Shown here: one piece after another, positions 12,965 to 26,104 of the stretch
Position numbering within the stretch: position 1 is the stretch's first letter
Layout of the letters: each line of letters begins with the position of its first letter
Assembly (NCBI GenBank): GCA_000320545.1
Contig: ADNK01001115.1
Coordinates: 3,584-67,583, forward strand
Length of the DNA: 64,000 nucleotides
Source: Bigelowiella natans CCMP2755
Lineage: Eukaryota > Protista > Cercozoa
Direction: 5' to 3'
Translations under genes and position numbers: made by a program
Notes under the pieces: generated by a model
The model's input: only the letters and a program-made list of their open reading frames with translations
The model's database searches: none
What the model was told of the DNA's origin: nothing

Positions 12965-13341
12965 TCATTATTTTGAAAAATCAAGAGAATTTTTTTCTGC
13001 AGGAAAGTTAAATCGAATTCGATATCCGTAACTTACAAGCGTGCGGTAGATAGAGCATGTAATCTCCCTCATCTCCCCCCATTATAACTACTGTCAAAGC
13101 TGTAGATCATCAATATCCATAAGAATCTATATCCATACAATTTTATCTCTGTTGCATGCGTGGAGCACCGTCAAGGCGATACGATTTCGAAATCGATAGT
13201 GACGACATATATGTAGGGTAGCAGCCATACATGCTTTACGTATGCATCACATACATGATTTGTACATAGTCTGAGCAATTCTGCGCCACCGAACCGTACT
13301 GATAGCTTTCCATGCACACTCCTATGCTACATCTAGATGCG

Positions 13342-13433
13342 TTTAGGCGCTGTAGCCGCTGCGCTTGCATAGCTACATTAGGATGACAATTGAAAGGATT
13401 TAATCATGTCATTCATTACATCCGTCTCATATA
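13342..13433 (-). repeat. Dispersed ~90-bp two-hairpin element, copy B
   Basis: Reverse complement tatatgagacggatgtaatgaa..ttaaat..ttcaattgtcatcctaatgtagctatgcaagcgcagcggctacagcgcctaaa is nearly colinear with 51216-51303. Confidence 0.9.
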
Positions 13434-14195
13434 AACAGCTACTAGGATCTAAAGACTACATATGAGGTGGTGGGTAGCAAACATGCACTGCAAAATTTAA
13501 ATTTGCATGTTCTGTCACATATACGTACCGGGTCTGAAGCACGCAATAATTGTAATGCTGTCGATGCGAATTTCTTTGGTGCTGCTGACTGCTATGACTT
13601 GTGAATGCACATTCCTGCAAAAGTAGAACAAACAGCACATTGTCATATAGCTGCACAATAGACGTTATTACACAGCTCTCTAGCTCTAGCAGACGTGCTC
13701 TATGCTACACGTATGGATGCCGTAATACTAAATGTGCATAGTTGCATATACTATCTTCCGCACGGATCGTGTTGTAGCTAATATGCAAAGGTACGTAAAT
13801 TAATAAGCATTGCTGTCATATCTTGCATGGCATATATGATGCTATACATCTAATACATGCGGACACTGTCATCTTGATGATGTCTGGCGTACGCGTGTTA
13901 CGTTGATTGTCGCGTCAACAGAGAATGCAGCGGCGTTACTGCAGCTGTAATACGCAGGCATATATCTAGCAGGCACCTCTTCATTTGATGATATTAGTAG
14001 TATCCTATATCTGCTCGTATCGTATTCTAGTACTGATTATTGAAAGCTTCAACCAGTGCTATTTCTGCTCAAGAACCATGGGCAGCAATGACACCCCATT
14101 CGAGCCCCCGGACGCCAGTCGAAAGCATGCAGCTGCCCCCCCCCCTCATTTCCCCACGTATCTTAGAGAAATGGAGTCCGAATATTCGAATCAAT

Positions 14196-16111
14196 TCACA
14201 TGACATGTTGGGCCTGTTGCTCACCATGGCCAAAAACGTCGATATCCTCCTCCTCGTCCTCAGGTACGACATCATAGTTATCGGACCTCTTGCTGCTGCT
14301 GCTGCTGCTGCTGCTGCAGCAGCAGCAGTAACACTAAGGAGCGATAAAAATCATGAATCAGAGGACAATTGGTCACGAGACAGATGGGAGAAGATGCGGC
14401 TAACCAAAGCAAGGAAAGCAGCCAACGATCCTAGGATGATGAACACCATGGTGACAGTAACTTCGTTCTGATGTAAGAGACGCAACCCCAATAATGCAAA
14501 TCATTCTTTCCACCCTCATAATGATTCAAGAAAGAAAAAACACAGGAATCAACAAAGAAGACAGCACAATCTCGGAAGTTCCGGCAAGTGGTGCCAGCGC
14601 CAATCTAGTTCTCCACAATCCAATCGCACTTAATACAACCTCCTCGCTTTGTGCGGTGTCGTTGGGAGCGGCGTCGTTCGATGGCCCCGCGGGTGTTGGA
14701 GGACTCGTCGTGAGCACAGGCTCGCAGTTTTGATGGCATGCCTCCGCGAATCCTACCTGGGCGTTACCCACATCAAACACGGTGAAGTACTTCCTCATAA
14801 AGGTGTCGCCTAAAATCCAAAGCGGCTCGCCCATGTCCAGGGGAGTGAAGGAGGAGAAGCAGACCTTCTGGCCCTGATACCTGTACTGCATGATGTAGTC
14901 CTCCGCGCCGAGCGTGTACTTGTCCCCATGAATGATGAAGTTGACTGGGGGGCCTGTTTTCTTCAGGTCGCATTCCACCTGCTCGCAGCTTGCATCGCCA
15001 CAGATCTTCATATTGAGCTCCATGATCTGGAGGCTTGGTCCGGCGATGAGGGAGGTGCCGCTGTCTGCAATCGCCTGCGTTTTGTTGTGGTTCTTAAATG
15101 TAGTTGGGGCCTCCTCGAGCCGCTTACGAAGGGCCTCTTTCTCCTCTTCGGCCATTTGCATGCCATCGATGTGGCCACGAAGATCTTCCTTCCAGTTCTT
15201 CATGCTCGCACTCCCCACGGAAATATCATCGAGGTCGAACTGCCAGTAGGTCCTTTCAGAGAGGGGATAGTACTTGATGGGGCCATTGTACCGGTACACG
15301 CAGCCTGCGTTCACACAGTGCGTGCCGCCGAGGAAGAGGTCTCCATGCTTGTCAGGGTCACCGCGAGACTTGAGATAGAAAGCGAACTTCTGCTGCTCTG
15401 GGCTTGGGAACGCCCCGTGTTTGTGTATCAGGTGGTCCACAGCTGAGTATGGCAACGAAATCGGACAACGACACGGTGAGTGAGACGGGAGGTTAGTTAA
15501 ATATGGAGGAGGAGGAGGTGGTGGTGGAGGAGGAGGAGGAGATTTGATTTGGCCACAACACTCTTAAGTTATTACGCGTTTTAAGGTGGTCCACAGCAAT
15601 GGAGTTCCACGCAAGTCCGAGAATCCCATCAAAATTAGCCTTTTTGAATACGTCCCCTGGCTCCTTGGTAGCCTCTCCAAACTTCTGGGCATGGACCTTG
15701 ACGCCTCCAAAAGTAAGGACATCACGGCTCACAAGCCCGGAGCATTCGCTAAAGGAAAAGTAAAGGAAGAAGGAAGGGAAAGGGAGGAGGCGGAGAAGTA
15801 AGGTTGGAGGAAAGTACAATAGGTACCACCAAGTTGTGCAGTCGATGTGATCGAAGAAAGAACGATGAAGGTAGGAAAAGGCAGGCACCCGCTGTTAAAT
15901 TATAGATTACCCCGATCCATACTGAATTGCATATGTCATCCTTTCGCCTTGTAGATCCATCACGGCTTCAAATGTACTCGATTTATTGCTATGGTATAGG
16001 TTGTGAGGAAGGCACTCCCCCGCTTGCTCTTGCACGCTCGAGCACTTGCAAACTTCGCAAGAATCGCTAGGAATCTGAAGGACCATTAAATTTGTCAGCT
16101 CTGATCACGTT

Positions 16112-16157
<46 letters not shown>

Positions 16158-16744
16158 AAAAGATCCTTTCAGTCGTTCGATGAAATATGTACTGAAGCAA
16201 TATGAATGATGAAGCAATTAACCCAAAGATTGGAGGATCCTGTGTCCAGGATCAGAGTGAAAGACTGAGGACTGAGTTTTGTTGGTGGAATACGCAGCAA
16301 ATGCGTAGTGAGAAGATCGCCTTCTCCATTCAAAACAAGAATAAACGCTTACGGTGTTCCTAAGGTGATCGATGCCATATATTCGCAGTCCATGTAATCT
16401 TTCGAAAAGAAAGATAAGTATTATGGAAGCATAATGTTCCGTGCAACTGGTTGTTAACATTACGTACCTTTGATTGGAATGTCCGCAGCTGTCAGCGACT
16501 TCTCTGACTTTTTCTTTGGCGCTGTGTTCATGGAGACGATCAAGGCAGAATCGTCCTCTTTCTCGAGCAAGGACTGACGCAGTGGCTTTCGTCCGTGTAA
16601 CTGCAAGGTAGTCTGCGCTGGGTTGCCACCATTCCTCAAATCTGTTTGAATGAACGATTCTCCCTGCAGGCGGCTCTGTTGGTTCTTATGTTTGGTCCAC
16701 GCAGCCCTGGATAACAAGGCGACATTGAGCAGGAAGAGAAGCAT
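14196..16744 (-). CDS. Pepsin/cathepsin D-like (A1) aspartic protease with signal peptide and C-terminal TM anchor, multi-exon
   Basis: Signal MLLFLLNVALLSRAA; DYMDCEYMASITLGTP; LILDTGSSNLW; FDGILGLAW; TYWQF; AIADSGTSLIAGP; WILGDTFMRKYFTVFD..VGFA; TM exon 14467-14405; tail exon 14333-14196. Confidence 0.92.
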
Positions 16745-17629
16745 AGCCCTTAGAGTCACGGGTTGGGGGTGAGTGATTGCAGAGCTCGAATCAATTTTTT
16801 GGCAATACGGACCGTTTCCAGTCTTTCTGCGAAGGTTTTCCTTTGTCGCATGGGGAAATAGGACTTGCTCTTCGAACACACCCTACTCGCAGTGATACAC
16901 TAATACCAACGAAAAAGAAAAGCAAAGACACAGGGCATTTACACGGTTGCGACAATAGATATCGAAGTGCCGAACGTCTGCAGTGGCTTTCCAAGAACCT
17001 TTCGTGCATGTAGTAGCACGAGCACTCTCCGCAAGGCGAAAACCGAAGTTCCTCCGGAAAAGTCGAAATTTGTGCACTGGACACTGATCCCATTATCTTG
17101 TCCGATGATAGCATGGTCCGAAATGTCAGTCCCTACTTTGGCTCGACACCTCGAATGCAATGTCTCAACGATCGACCAATCTCACATTGGAGACAAAAAA
17201 ATTTCCTATGAAGATGAGCTAGATAGAACAGAGTGGGAAGCGTCAACAAAAGATTCTGATGCAGGAGGTAAACTTCATCATGCATTGAAGTTTTGATGCT
17301 GTACAACGCTTAAAGTTCTCGAATTGCTCTAGTGCTCACTGTTGCACAGCATCGTCTTACATCACATGCTAGCATGCTACACGCATGCAAAGCTCGCGCT
17401 GTTAACGAAGTCGAAATAAGATGGAATTTTCCCATGAGAGAATGAGCAACGGCAAACTTCTTAAAGTTTAATCAAGCCGGAATCACTGAAAGATTGCTAG
17501 CTTGCCTACACAAACTGAAGCAAGACAGATCGTACGCCATGCATTGATACGCACATGTGCAAGATGCTGCTGCATGTATGTGTCGATCTGAAACGATGAT
17601 AATATTGAGTTACAAATGCGAACAGAAGA

Positions 17630-20449
17630 TTAATCATCTGCATCTACGAGCCACTTTGCGAATTTGCTTTTGTCTGCGTCAACTCGAACGCCAACGAAAG
17701 TTGGAAACCTCGGTTTTCCGTCCTTAGTGTACTCGAAGAACTTTACTGTGATTATGGAACCGATAGGTGGAGGATTGCGGCGCTGTTCATCCGACATACC
17801 ACTGCCGACATTAAATTGTATTCCATTATCAAGCCTGGCGTCAAGGGACCCGGCCTGTCCATCGTACTTACCTTTGCCCTTGTTGTATCCTACCACAACC
17901 GCTTCGCAGTCTTGGAACGTCTTGACCTGAAGTAAATATGTGTATTTTGGAAATAGGGAAAAGGAGGCAGCCAAAAGGAAACTCAAAATCAAAACCTTGA
18001 GTAGAGTCGTGCTTCGGCTTCGGACATATTTTGAACCAGGCTTTCTCAGCATTAGCCCCTCAGCGCCGTCCTTCGTCAACTTGTCCAACTCAGTCTGTGC
18101 CCGCATGGTGATTTCAGGAAAATTCGAACAAACACTACAAAAGAAAAGAAGGACCTCCACGTGCTCTTTTCCCTCGCACAACGTGTGTTGTACGACACGA
18201 ATATAGGCGTTGAGTTTCTTCTCTGCCTGGGTCTTAACCCTTTCTAGCCTCTTCTCGAACGGAAGATCGAGCGAGGGAGCGTCAAAAACTTCATACGTCA
18301 GCTTCTTCCACCGCTCACCAGCCGCAAACGACTTGACAATTCCGGAGGTCGCTTGGAACCTAAGGGTATTAAATATCATCCCATGATCGCTTGGCGCTGC
18401 GGAACAATTAATTTCGTTGTTTGATCAGTGCTCATAAGATATTTATATTTTGGGTCTTCGTCGTGGTGGTTGGTGTCCGGATACTTACTCGTTGCGGCCG
18501 CCAAACAACTCTCCATCCAGATGCAAGTCTGTTGGCAAACCCTCTGTGAACCACGAGGGAGCGTGAAACTTATTGCCGTTGCGCGACAGAAATTGTGATC
18601 CATCCCAGTACGCACGGATTCTGAGGTGTTTAGCAGAAGAATAGATTATTAGGTGGAAATGCTTTAAGCATTAATCTTCTTCTTGTCAATGAATACCCAT
18701 CGAGTTTCTCACTCATCCACCATCCGGAAACGTTTTCCCCTTTCCACTTCTTCGCAAGTAGTACTCCTCGCATACCGCCGGCTTTCTTTGTAACTTTTGC
18801 TCCTCCTCCTTTTCCTCCTCCTCCCTCCCCCTGTCCTACACCCCTGAGGCAGCCTTTCTGTACGAACTGCATGTACTCTTCCCCGAGGTGGGCTTGCAGG
18901 TGCTTGCATGTTCGTGTGTCGACAGCCCCACCGTAGTACCGCCATGCGGGGCACGTGCAGTAATGGACACCACCGCGCAAGCGAATTTCATACTCGGAGT
19001 CTGGAATCTGGAAAGTCTCTCCCTCACTCAACTTCAGTTTCGGTGTGGGTCGCACACCAGCGGCCGTTTCGCTGGCTTCACCCCTTCTCATCCTTTGCAT
19101 GAACCAATCCTCGTCGACCATCTCTATGCCAAGATCCCGCGCCTTTAGCCGCTTCGATGTGCTTTGCTTACCGCCGCTGGCAACAACAAGGTGGGTGACT
19201 CTCTGAGTTAGGGAGCTGGAGAAGGTTCCGCCGAAGCGGGAGATTGCATCTTCAGCTACACGACGCACGCAGGGAAGGGTTCCAGTGATGCAGATAACCA
19301 TGCCTTTGAACGGCTGCGAGGAGCTTAGTTTTGCCTCAGCTTTAATTCCCCACACTTGTTTTTTCCCGCGTTTAGCCGCTCTAGCTTCACCGCCACCATC
19401 TCCCCGATCTCCCCGACTACGCTTTACAGTTTCCACCTTCGGGGTATTCAGCATTGAAACTGCACGAAGAACGCTCTTTCTCTGCCCAAGTTTGGCAATG
19501 CCTATTTCTTTGAGATCGTCTGAAGTCAGAGCTTTAAGACCCCACCCTGTTAAATCCTGTTCCCTCAGAAGCACCAATGTCTCGGGCTTAATATGGCATT
19601 GCCCATACACGCTCTCTAGCCAACCCATAGCTATTTTTTCATCCCAGGAGTCCACCTTCGATATGTCAAAGTTTGCCACCGAGGAGCTCGATGATGAATT
19701 TCCATTTGCTATCTTTTTAGCTACGATATCTGATGATGGGAGGGAGGAGGAGGAAGAGATCGCGGTAGATATATTGCCAGACGACGAAGCTTTTTCAACT
19801 TTAACGACTATCGGTTCGTCGTCTTCTGAGGCTTCCTCATCCATTGGCTCTTCCTCCTCCGCTGCTCGTATTGGAATCCGTTCAGCAGCATCGAAGGTCA
19901 GCAGCCTCTCGACTGCACGCTCTACATTCCCGTCTGAGAGACGAATAGCTTCCTCGCATAGCGCTTTTGCGAAGCCCATGCCTACCAAACAGTTACGATG
20001 ATTACACCTATATTTCCATTTAATTAAGTAATGTAATGCAATTGTATTTACTTTTCAAATGGTCAATCTTCGAGCGACTTGCTTGGCGACGAAAAGTCCG
20101 TCGCGGGGGAGGGGAAACAAAACCTGCCTCCGCACCCTTCTCTTCTTTGGCAACCTTTGTTGCTCCCTCTTTCACGTTCTCCTCTACGACTTCATAACCT
20201 TTACTCAACTTCTTCCGCCACATTTTTGAGGCAAAGTCTTTTGCTTCAGCTTTGGATACGTGCTCCTTCACCTGTAAAGTTGTCGAATCAAATCGGATTC
20301 TCTTTTTCGAGAAATGGGCGCTCGCTTGTCACCTGCGTAACTCCGGGAAAACCAATGCGGCCCCATGTTACTCTCGTCGTATTTCCATCGACTGTAACCT
20401 CCCAGAATTTGTTCGAAGAGCCGCCAGAGAACTCCAGGCGAGACCTCAT
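17630..20449 (-). CDS. Multidomain ATP-dependent DNA ligase: WGR-UBA-SAM-BRCT-SWIM-adenylation-OB (minimal Lig E-like core), 7 exons
   Basis: Exons 20449-20333, 20271-20052, 19981-18697, 18620-18489, 18359-18155, 18094-17996 and 17926-17630 splice in frame via GT-AG. Ligase motifs: WWMSEKLDGIRAYWDG, LDGELF, VFDAP, EGLMLR, LLKVK, VGSG, KPRFPTF. Confidence 0.92.
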
Positions 20450-21304
20450 GCCACAATTCGATCCAAAGCGTTCCGTGGAGGGATGAATCTCCGTAGGGCA
20501 AGAAAGCAAAAGGATCAGTTCAAATTGGCGAAAAATGACTGGGAATATTGCCAACGACCTTCATAGAATGTTGTCGTAAAATGACATTTAGACCTAAAGG
20601 AAGAAAGGAAGGTCTTCCTGATGTTCTGTCAATGACGGGCATTACTCCCAGAAAGCGGCAGCATGGATCTCTCGGAGTCTCCAGTTGGTCGGTAAGTTGG
20701 AAATTAGAAAAACTGATGAAATTTTGGATAGACGACAACTGTTATTTAGTGTCTCACACTCTAAATCTAGGGTACATTACTTCCGCTTCTTTCACGGACT
20801 TCCCCCCCCACCGCCCGACTACGTATCAGCCCTAGAAGACCCACATGGCAGCACAGAGTGAAAATCCACCAAGGCCTTTACGCCTTATCGGTAAGAAAGC
20901 TTTCATATGTATGTTGACGAAGCAAGCTCCCCTATGAATTCGCTCCACCATTTTCTTTCGTTTCGGCCATAACACGTGGCAACGATTTTGTGTTATATTT
21001 ATTTGTAATTCTATGTTCTTGTTACGGATTTCAGTTCGGGAAAAGGATACTATTAAATTTATCAACCCTGAAGACGATGATTCGAAGAACAAAGCCAAAT
21101 CATGGTAATCGCTTCTTTATTGCGTTATTTCGAAGAAACTTCAATGAGCTCTCTATAAAATGATATTTAGGTCTTGCTCTGAGTTTCCAGTCGTTTCATC
21201 TGCTGATGGAACAAAGGTGTGTTACAATGAGTGATAGATTACGGGTTGCGGTTTGAAGCGCAACAAAGTGATAAAGCCCATCTGCATATTTGAAAGTCAT
21301 CGAA

Positions 21305-22364
21305 ATGGAATATTGCTTGCAGGTTGCTATCCCCTCAGCCGACGGCGTTTCCGTTGTGAATCCCTTCACAGAAGAGACCCTGTACAAATTGGTACTTGTT
21401 TCATATGTTTATTTTGTTACACGTGTTTATGGCGTCCACTTAGCTACCAGCCTGAACAGCGCCACTTCCACCTTTTTGTTTTTACCTTTGGCTTATTCTA
21501 TTCTTCGTGAAATAAGCTGCGACCCTATGCCGCTCCCATCATCAGGCAGAGAAAAATGTAAAGCGAATTCAATTTTCGCCTAAAGACACCTACATCGTTA
21601 CCTGGAGGTAGTTGGCAGAAAAAAATAAGGAAGAGATCAAATGCAGTTCGCGTCACAACATCATGAGGCAATGCCGAAAGTGATGATGCTTTATTATGCC
21701 ATCACTCACAGCAAATTCTTTTCAACGTGCATCAGGTCTCGGGTACAAACAGACACCAACACAGGCGGCAACGTTGCGGTCTTCAAGGCCGAAAATGGTG
21801 AAGAGTTCCGCCGATTCAACCAAAAGTCTATCGACAGATGGTACCAGTGATGGATAATCGTGTATGCGAGTGTGTGTGTGTGTGTATGTAATGTTTTGTG
21901 CTGTAATATCGTGTGTTGCTCTCCAATGCTCACGTACTCTGATGCGACACTACGACCTTAGGCCGACTCTGGGGTGGAGCAATGACGAGAAATATGCTGT
22001 TCAGATGGTAATCGGATACGGGAACAACAGCCATTGAATATATCATATACAAACACCCTCTTCTCAGCTGAGCGCTACATCCACGATATGACCACGTTGA
22101 GGAGGTCTAACAAATGCAATAATCTTGGTGATATGGCGTACAGGTAAACAACCAACTATGGCTGTTCGAAGACCATGCGAACCGATACACGCGCAAGATC
22201 GACCAAACGAAGGTGAGAGCCACCGCTACCGTACGTGTGGGTAGAGAGGCTCTTGATATTTTGGCTTACTGTTTTTGTCACGTGATGGCGAAGACAGCGT
22301 TGTCGTCGTAAATTGATCAATCGTCAAAAACTCTTGATTCCGTAATACTTACTTCATGGTGATG

Positions 22365-22402
<38 letters not shown>

Positions 22403-22776
22403 CACACACACGCGCAGACACACACACACATAGATATACAGGCACATACATGCGTATATGGAGTGTATTGTTCTTAATTGTGCTACGCCTTGCTAGGTCT
22501 CGCACTTCTCGATTTCCCCCTCTGGTGCTTATGTGGCAGCCGGCTCTCCAGAATCGAACAGTTAATATGAAGGGGGGAGGGGAGGAGGGTAGGAGGGTTA
22601 AACACGCACACGACCGCACAAACACACATAAACACAATCCCACACTCACACATTTAACTTTATCGTGTGCATGTATTCGAAACACACGACATGTGGTCAA
22701 TGTTGAGCATTGCATCGCCTACCATCACCACACACAACTTCGGTGTGATGTGGTGTTATTATTCGTGCATTAAGTC

Positions 22777-22810
<34 letters not shown>

Positions 22811-23157
22811 TACCCCCTCTCCCTACCTACTCAGGCAAACCAGGGGTTTTGGCCATTTACACGCTGCCGGACTTCAAGGTAGCGGCAGAGGGAATAGAGA
22901 GGATAGTAGTGATGATAATGGTGTCCGGTTGGGATGGGGGGGGAGGTGGAAAAGGGGAGGGAGAGTGCGGTATATGGCAACGTTGATGCGATGCGATAGC
23001 AATTGATAGTGATGGCTGCTGCTGCTGCTGCCGTATTAGGCTACTGTGAGCCGTTCTCTATTCAAATGCGAGGAGTTTGAGCTCAAATGGGATCCCACGG
23101 GCAAGTACCTTTTGGTAATAATGCCAATGTAATTATTACGCTTATTCATGAATGTGC

Positions 23158-23192
<35 letters not shown>

Positions 23193-23320
23193 TGCGTATG
23201 AGCGATTCTCCTCCTCCTTCCCCTTCCCTCCTCCTCCCCCTCCGCAGGCCCAAGCTAGTGTTGTTAGCGACCAGTCAGGAGACTCCTACTATGGAGAAGC
23301 CCATCAGTATGATGAACAGC

Positions 23321-23351
<31 letters not shown>

Positions 23352-23376
23352 GTTATTGTTATCATTAATATATATG

Positions 23377-23420
<44 letters not shown>

Positions 23421-24191
23421 TGATAAGATGTTTGGTCTTCCAACTCTGAAGATATCTGGTTCACGGTGACGGCAAGTTCTCGCAACAACTCCTCTTCACC
23501 AACAAGGTGCTGCTTGCTGCTGGGATCACAGCCCAAACATTCAAGCTACTAGCAGTCTATGTACAATAGAATAAATTTGAGTCTGCTACTCGATAACAAC
23601 AACAGGGCCCCATACAAGACACACAATGGGCGCCAGACGGGAAATCATTCGTCATCATCCAGGTAGTAGCGATGTAGTAATAGTTCTGGCAGCAATGGTA
23701 TATATTACGCGGCGGTGTATGCGCGCGAAACTCACCCACGCATAGATCTACCTCTGCGTCCATACTTATACCAAAATCAACACCGATCGATATTCAGGGA
23801 CACATGCCCGCTCTCGCGAGCCTGTACATGCCGCAGAAATGCGCGAAGAAATTCGAGTTTGGAAGGTGAAATTAGCCGCAGTAGGCACGCGAGTAGTAGT
23901 AGTAGTAGTGGTAATAATCGTTGTTGTAAGATGCTCACTGGTGTGTGCTGCTCCTTGCTTTCTACCCTTCCTCTCCGTCTCTCGCAGATGCACAGATTGA
24001 TTCTAGTTGTAGGATGTATTCGCTTGCGTAGCCTTTACTTTGGTTGCTCTTGTTGTTGTTCTTCGTGTTGTTTGTTGTTTTCTTATTCAGGGCGGCGTGG
24101 AACACGATACGTTGGTAGATTTCGACAGCAGCAGCAGCCCCATACTTCCCTCTCCCCTTTCTTTTTCTCCTCCGTTTCTCATTCCGTCTCA

Positions 24192-24229
<38 letters not shown>

Positions 24230-24408
24230 CCCCCCCCCACTGTTCAAACGATAAACAGAGTAGCGAGAATGTTGATACTACTATTGCGTTCGTATGTTCC
24301 CTCCCTCCATAAATTCAAGGTCTCCTCATGGGCGATTCTTATGCCTTGGAGGATTTGGTGAGTAAAGACAATTGACACATCTTGATTTCTTCCCTCCCTT
24401 TTGATTAT

Positions 24409-24443
<35 letters not shown>

Positions 24444-24647
24444 CATAAACATACATGTGCGTCAACGTGCTTGTATGCAAGAATCATAATTTGATTTCGT
24501 GTTTGTCTCTCCCCTTTATCCTCCCCCGCCCCCCCCACCCCCTCCCCGTCTAGGAGCGTTGCAGGGCCATATGCACTTTTGGGACGCCTATAAAAAGAAG
24601 AAGATTGGAGTCGCACATGTATTATATATGGAAATATGAAAAACAGA

Positions 24648-24680
<33 letters not shown>

Positions 24681-24793
24681 TCACAAAGAGAGAGAAAGAG
24701 AGAGAGAGAGAGAGAGGATATATAAATATGTAGAATATAAGTCGTTAGATAACGTACGACCTCCTCATAATAGAAGAGGCAATGCGAGCTCTC

Positions 24794-24825
<32 letters not shown>

Positions 24826-25097
24826 ACTCTCTCACTCTTATCATCATTACCGTGGCTATCACCATCATCAGCACCATCAGCACGTGGTATGATGACATAT
24901 TGCTACCACCATTAAACCCTTCGTAGTCCTCCTCCTCCTCATCATCATCATCATCATGGTTTGCAGGATAGAGAAGGACCTAAATACTATGACTGGTCAC
25001 CTGACTCGCGTCGCTTCGTGACCGCCACTGTGCGTCCTTTGAGGACAGTGGACAATGGCTACAAGGTAAGCACTACATTAGCGCGCGCGCGCGCGCA

Positions 25098-25138
<41 letters not shown>

Positions 25139-25289
25139 ATGTGTTTCTGCTAGTTGAGGGATTATTACCTTTTCGCATCATCGATGGATCATTATGGTGA
25201 TGATTGTGTCCAATCGTATATTATACGTGTGCGTGTCCGCCCATGAGTACGTGCCTCATTGAATGCCGTTCTTGCTAGCGGTGGCGTCA

Positions 25290-25328
<39 letters not shown>

Positions 25329-25713
25329 GAATATCTTATTTACTTACTTGTACTTAAATAATCCAAAGATTTGGAGCTATGCTGGGGAGTTGAAGAAGCA
25401 CCTTGTGATCAATCAGCTTTATCAGGTGAGAGCTCACCATGACAACGACGAATGTCGCTTTGGTTTCTGGAGAATATGTCTTCACCCTCCTCTCCCCCCC
25501 CCCTCCTCCCCCTCCTCCCCCTCTAGGCATCGTATGTAACAGCTGTAGACGGCACCTACGAAAACAAACCTCAATCGCCGAGACTCAAGGTTGTTTAACC
25601 ATATCATTATCATCATCATAATCATCGTCGTCGTCGTGATTCGATGTTGCTGACGCCATTGCCGCTCATCGGCAACTACTGAACATACACGCATACACAC
25701 ACACTCACACACA

Positions 25714-25751
<38 letters not shown>

Positions 25752-26073
25752 GAAGAAAGATTCAGGACTTTGCGGCTGCGAAGCCTGTGAGGGTATGTTG
25801 TCTGATCGCCACAATGAACGACGATGACGGAGACCGCTGCTGTCTCGCGCATATCACATCAATCCAGCACGCACTCTTTGCACAATCACCGAATCGAATT
25901 CGCGTATAATATTGTTGCTGCTATTGTCACTTCTCCCTATCGACGATAAGGCCTACGTTCCACCCTCTCTCCGGGGAAGAGCAGGCGGGGGACTAGCTGC
26001 TCAGCTTAGAAAGGTAGTCAAAGATGTGTCGTCGTCGTCGTCGTCGTCGTCGTTTCATCGGTTGCATGAATGG

Positions 26074-26104
<31 letters not shown>

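Noticed and set aside
16967-17296. 109-aa plus ORF between the protease and ligase
   Set aside because: No recognisable motif or splice structure; lies in promoter/3' flank sequence
19285-20001. 238-aa plus-strand ORF (likewise 14928-15446, 53110-53742, 53354-53782)
   Set aside because: Antisense shadows of well-supported minus-strand exons; no motifs of their own
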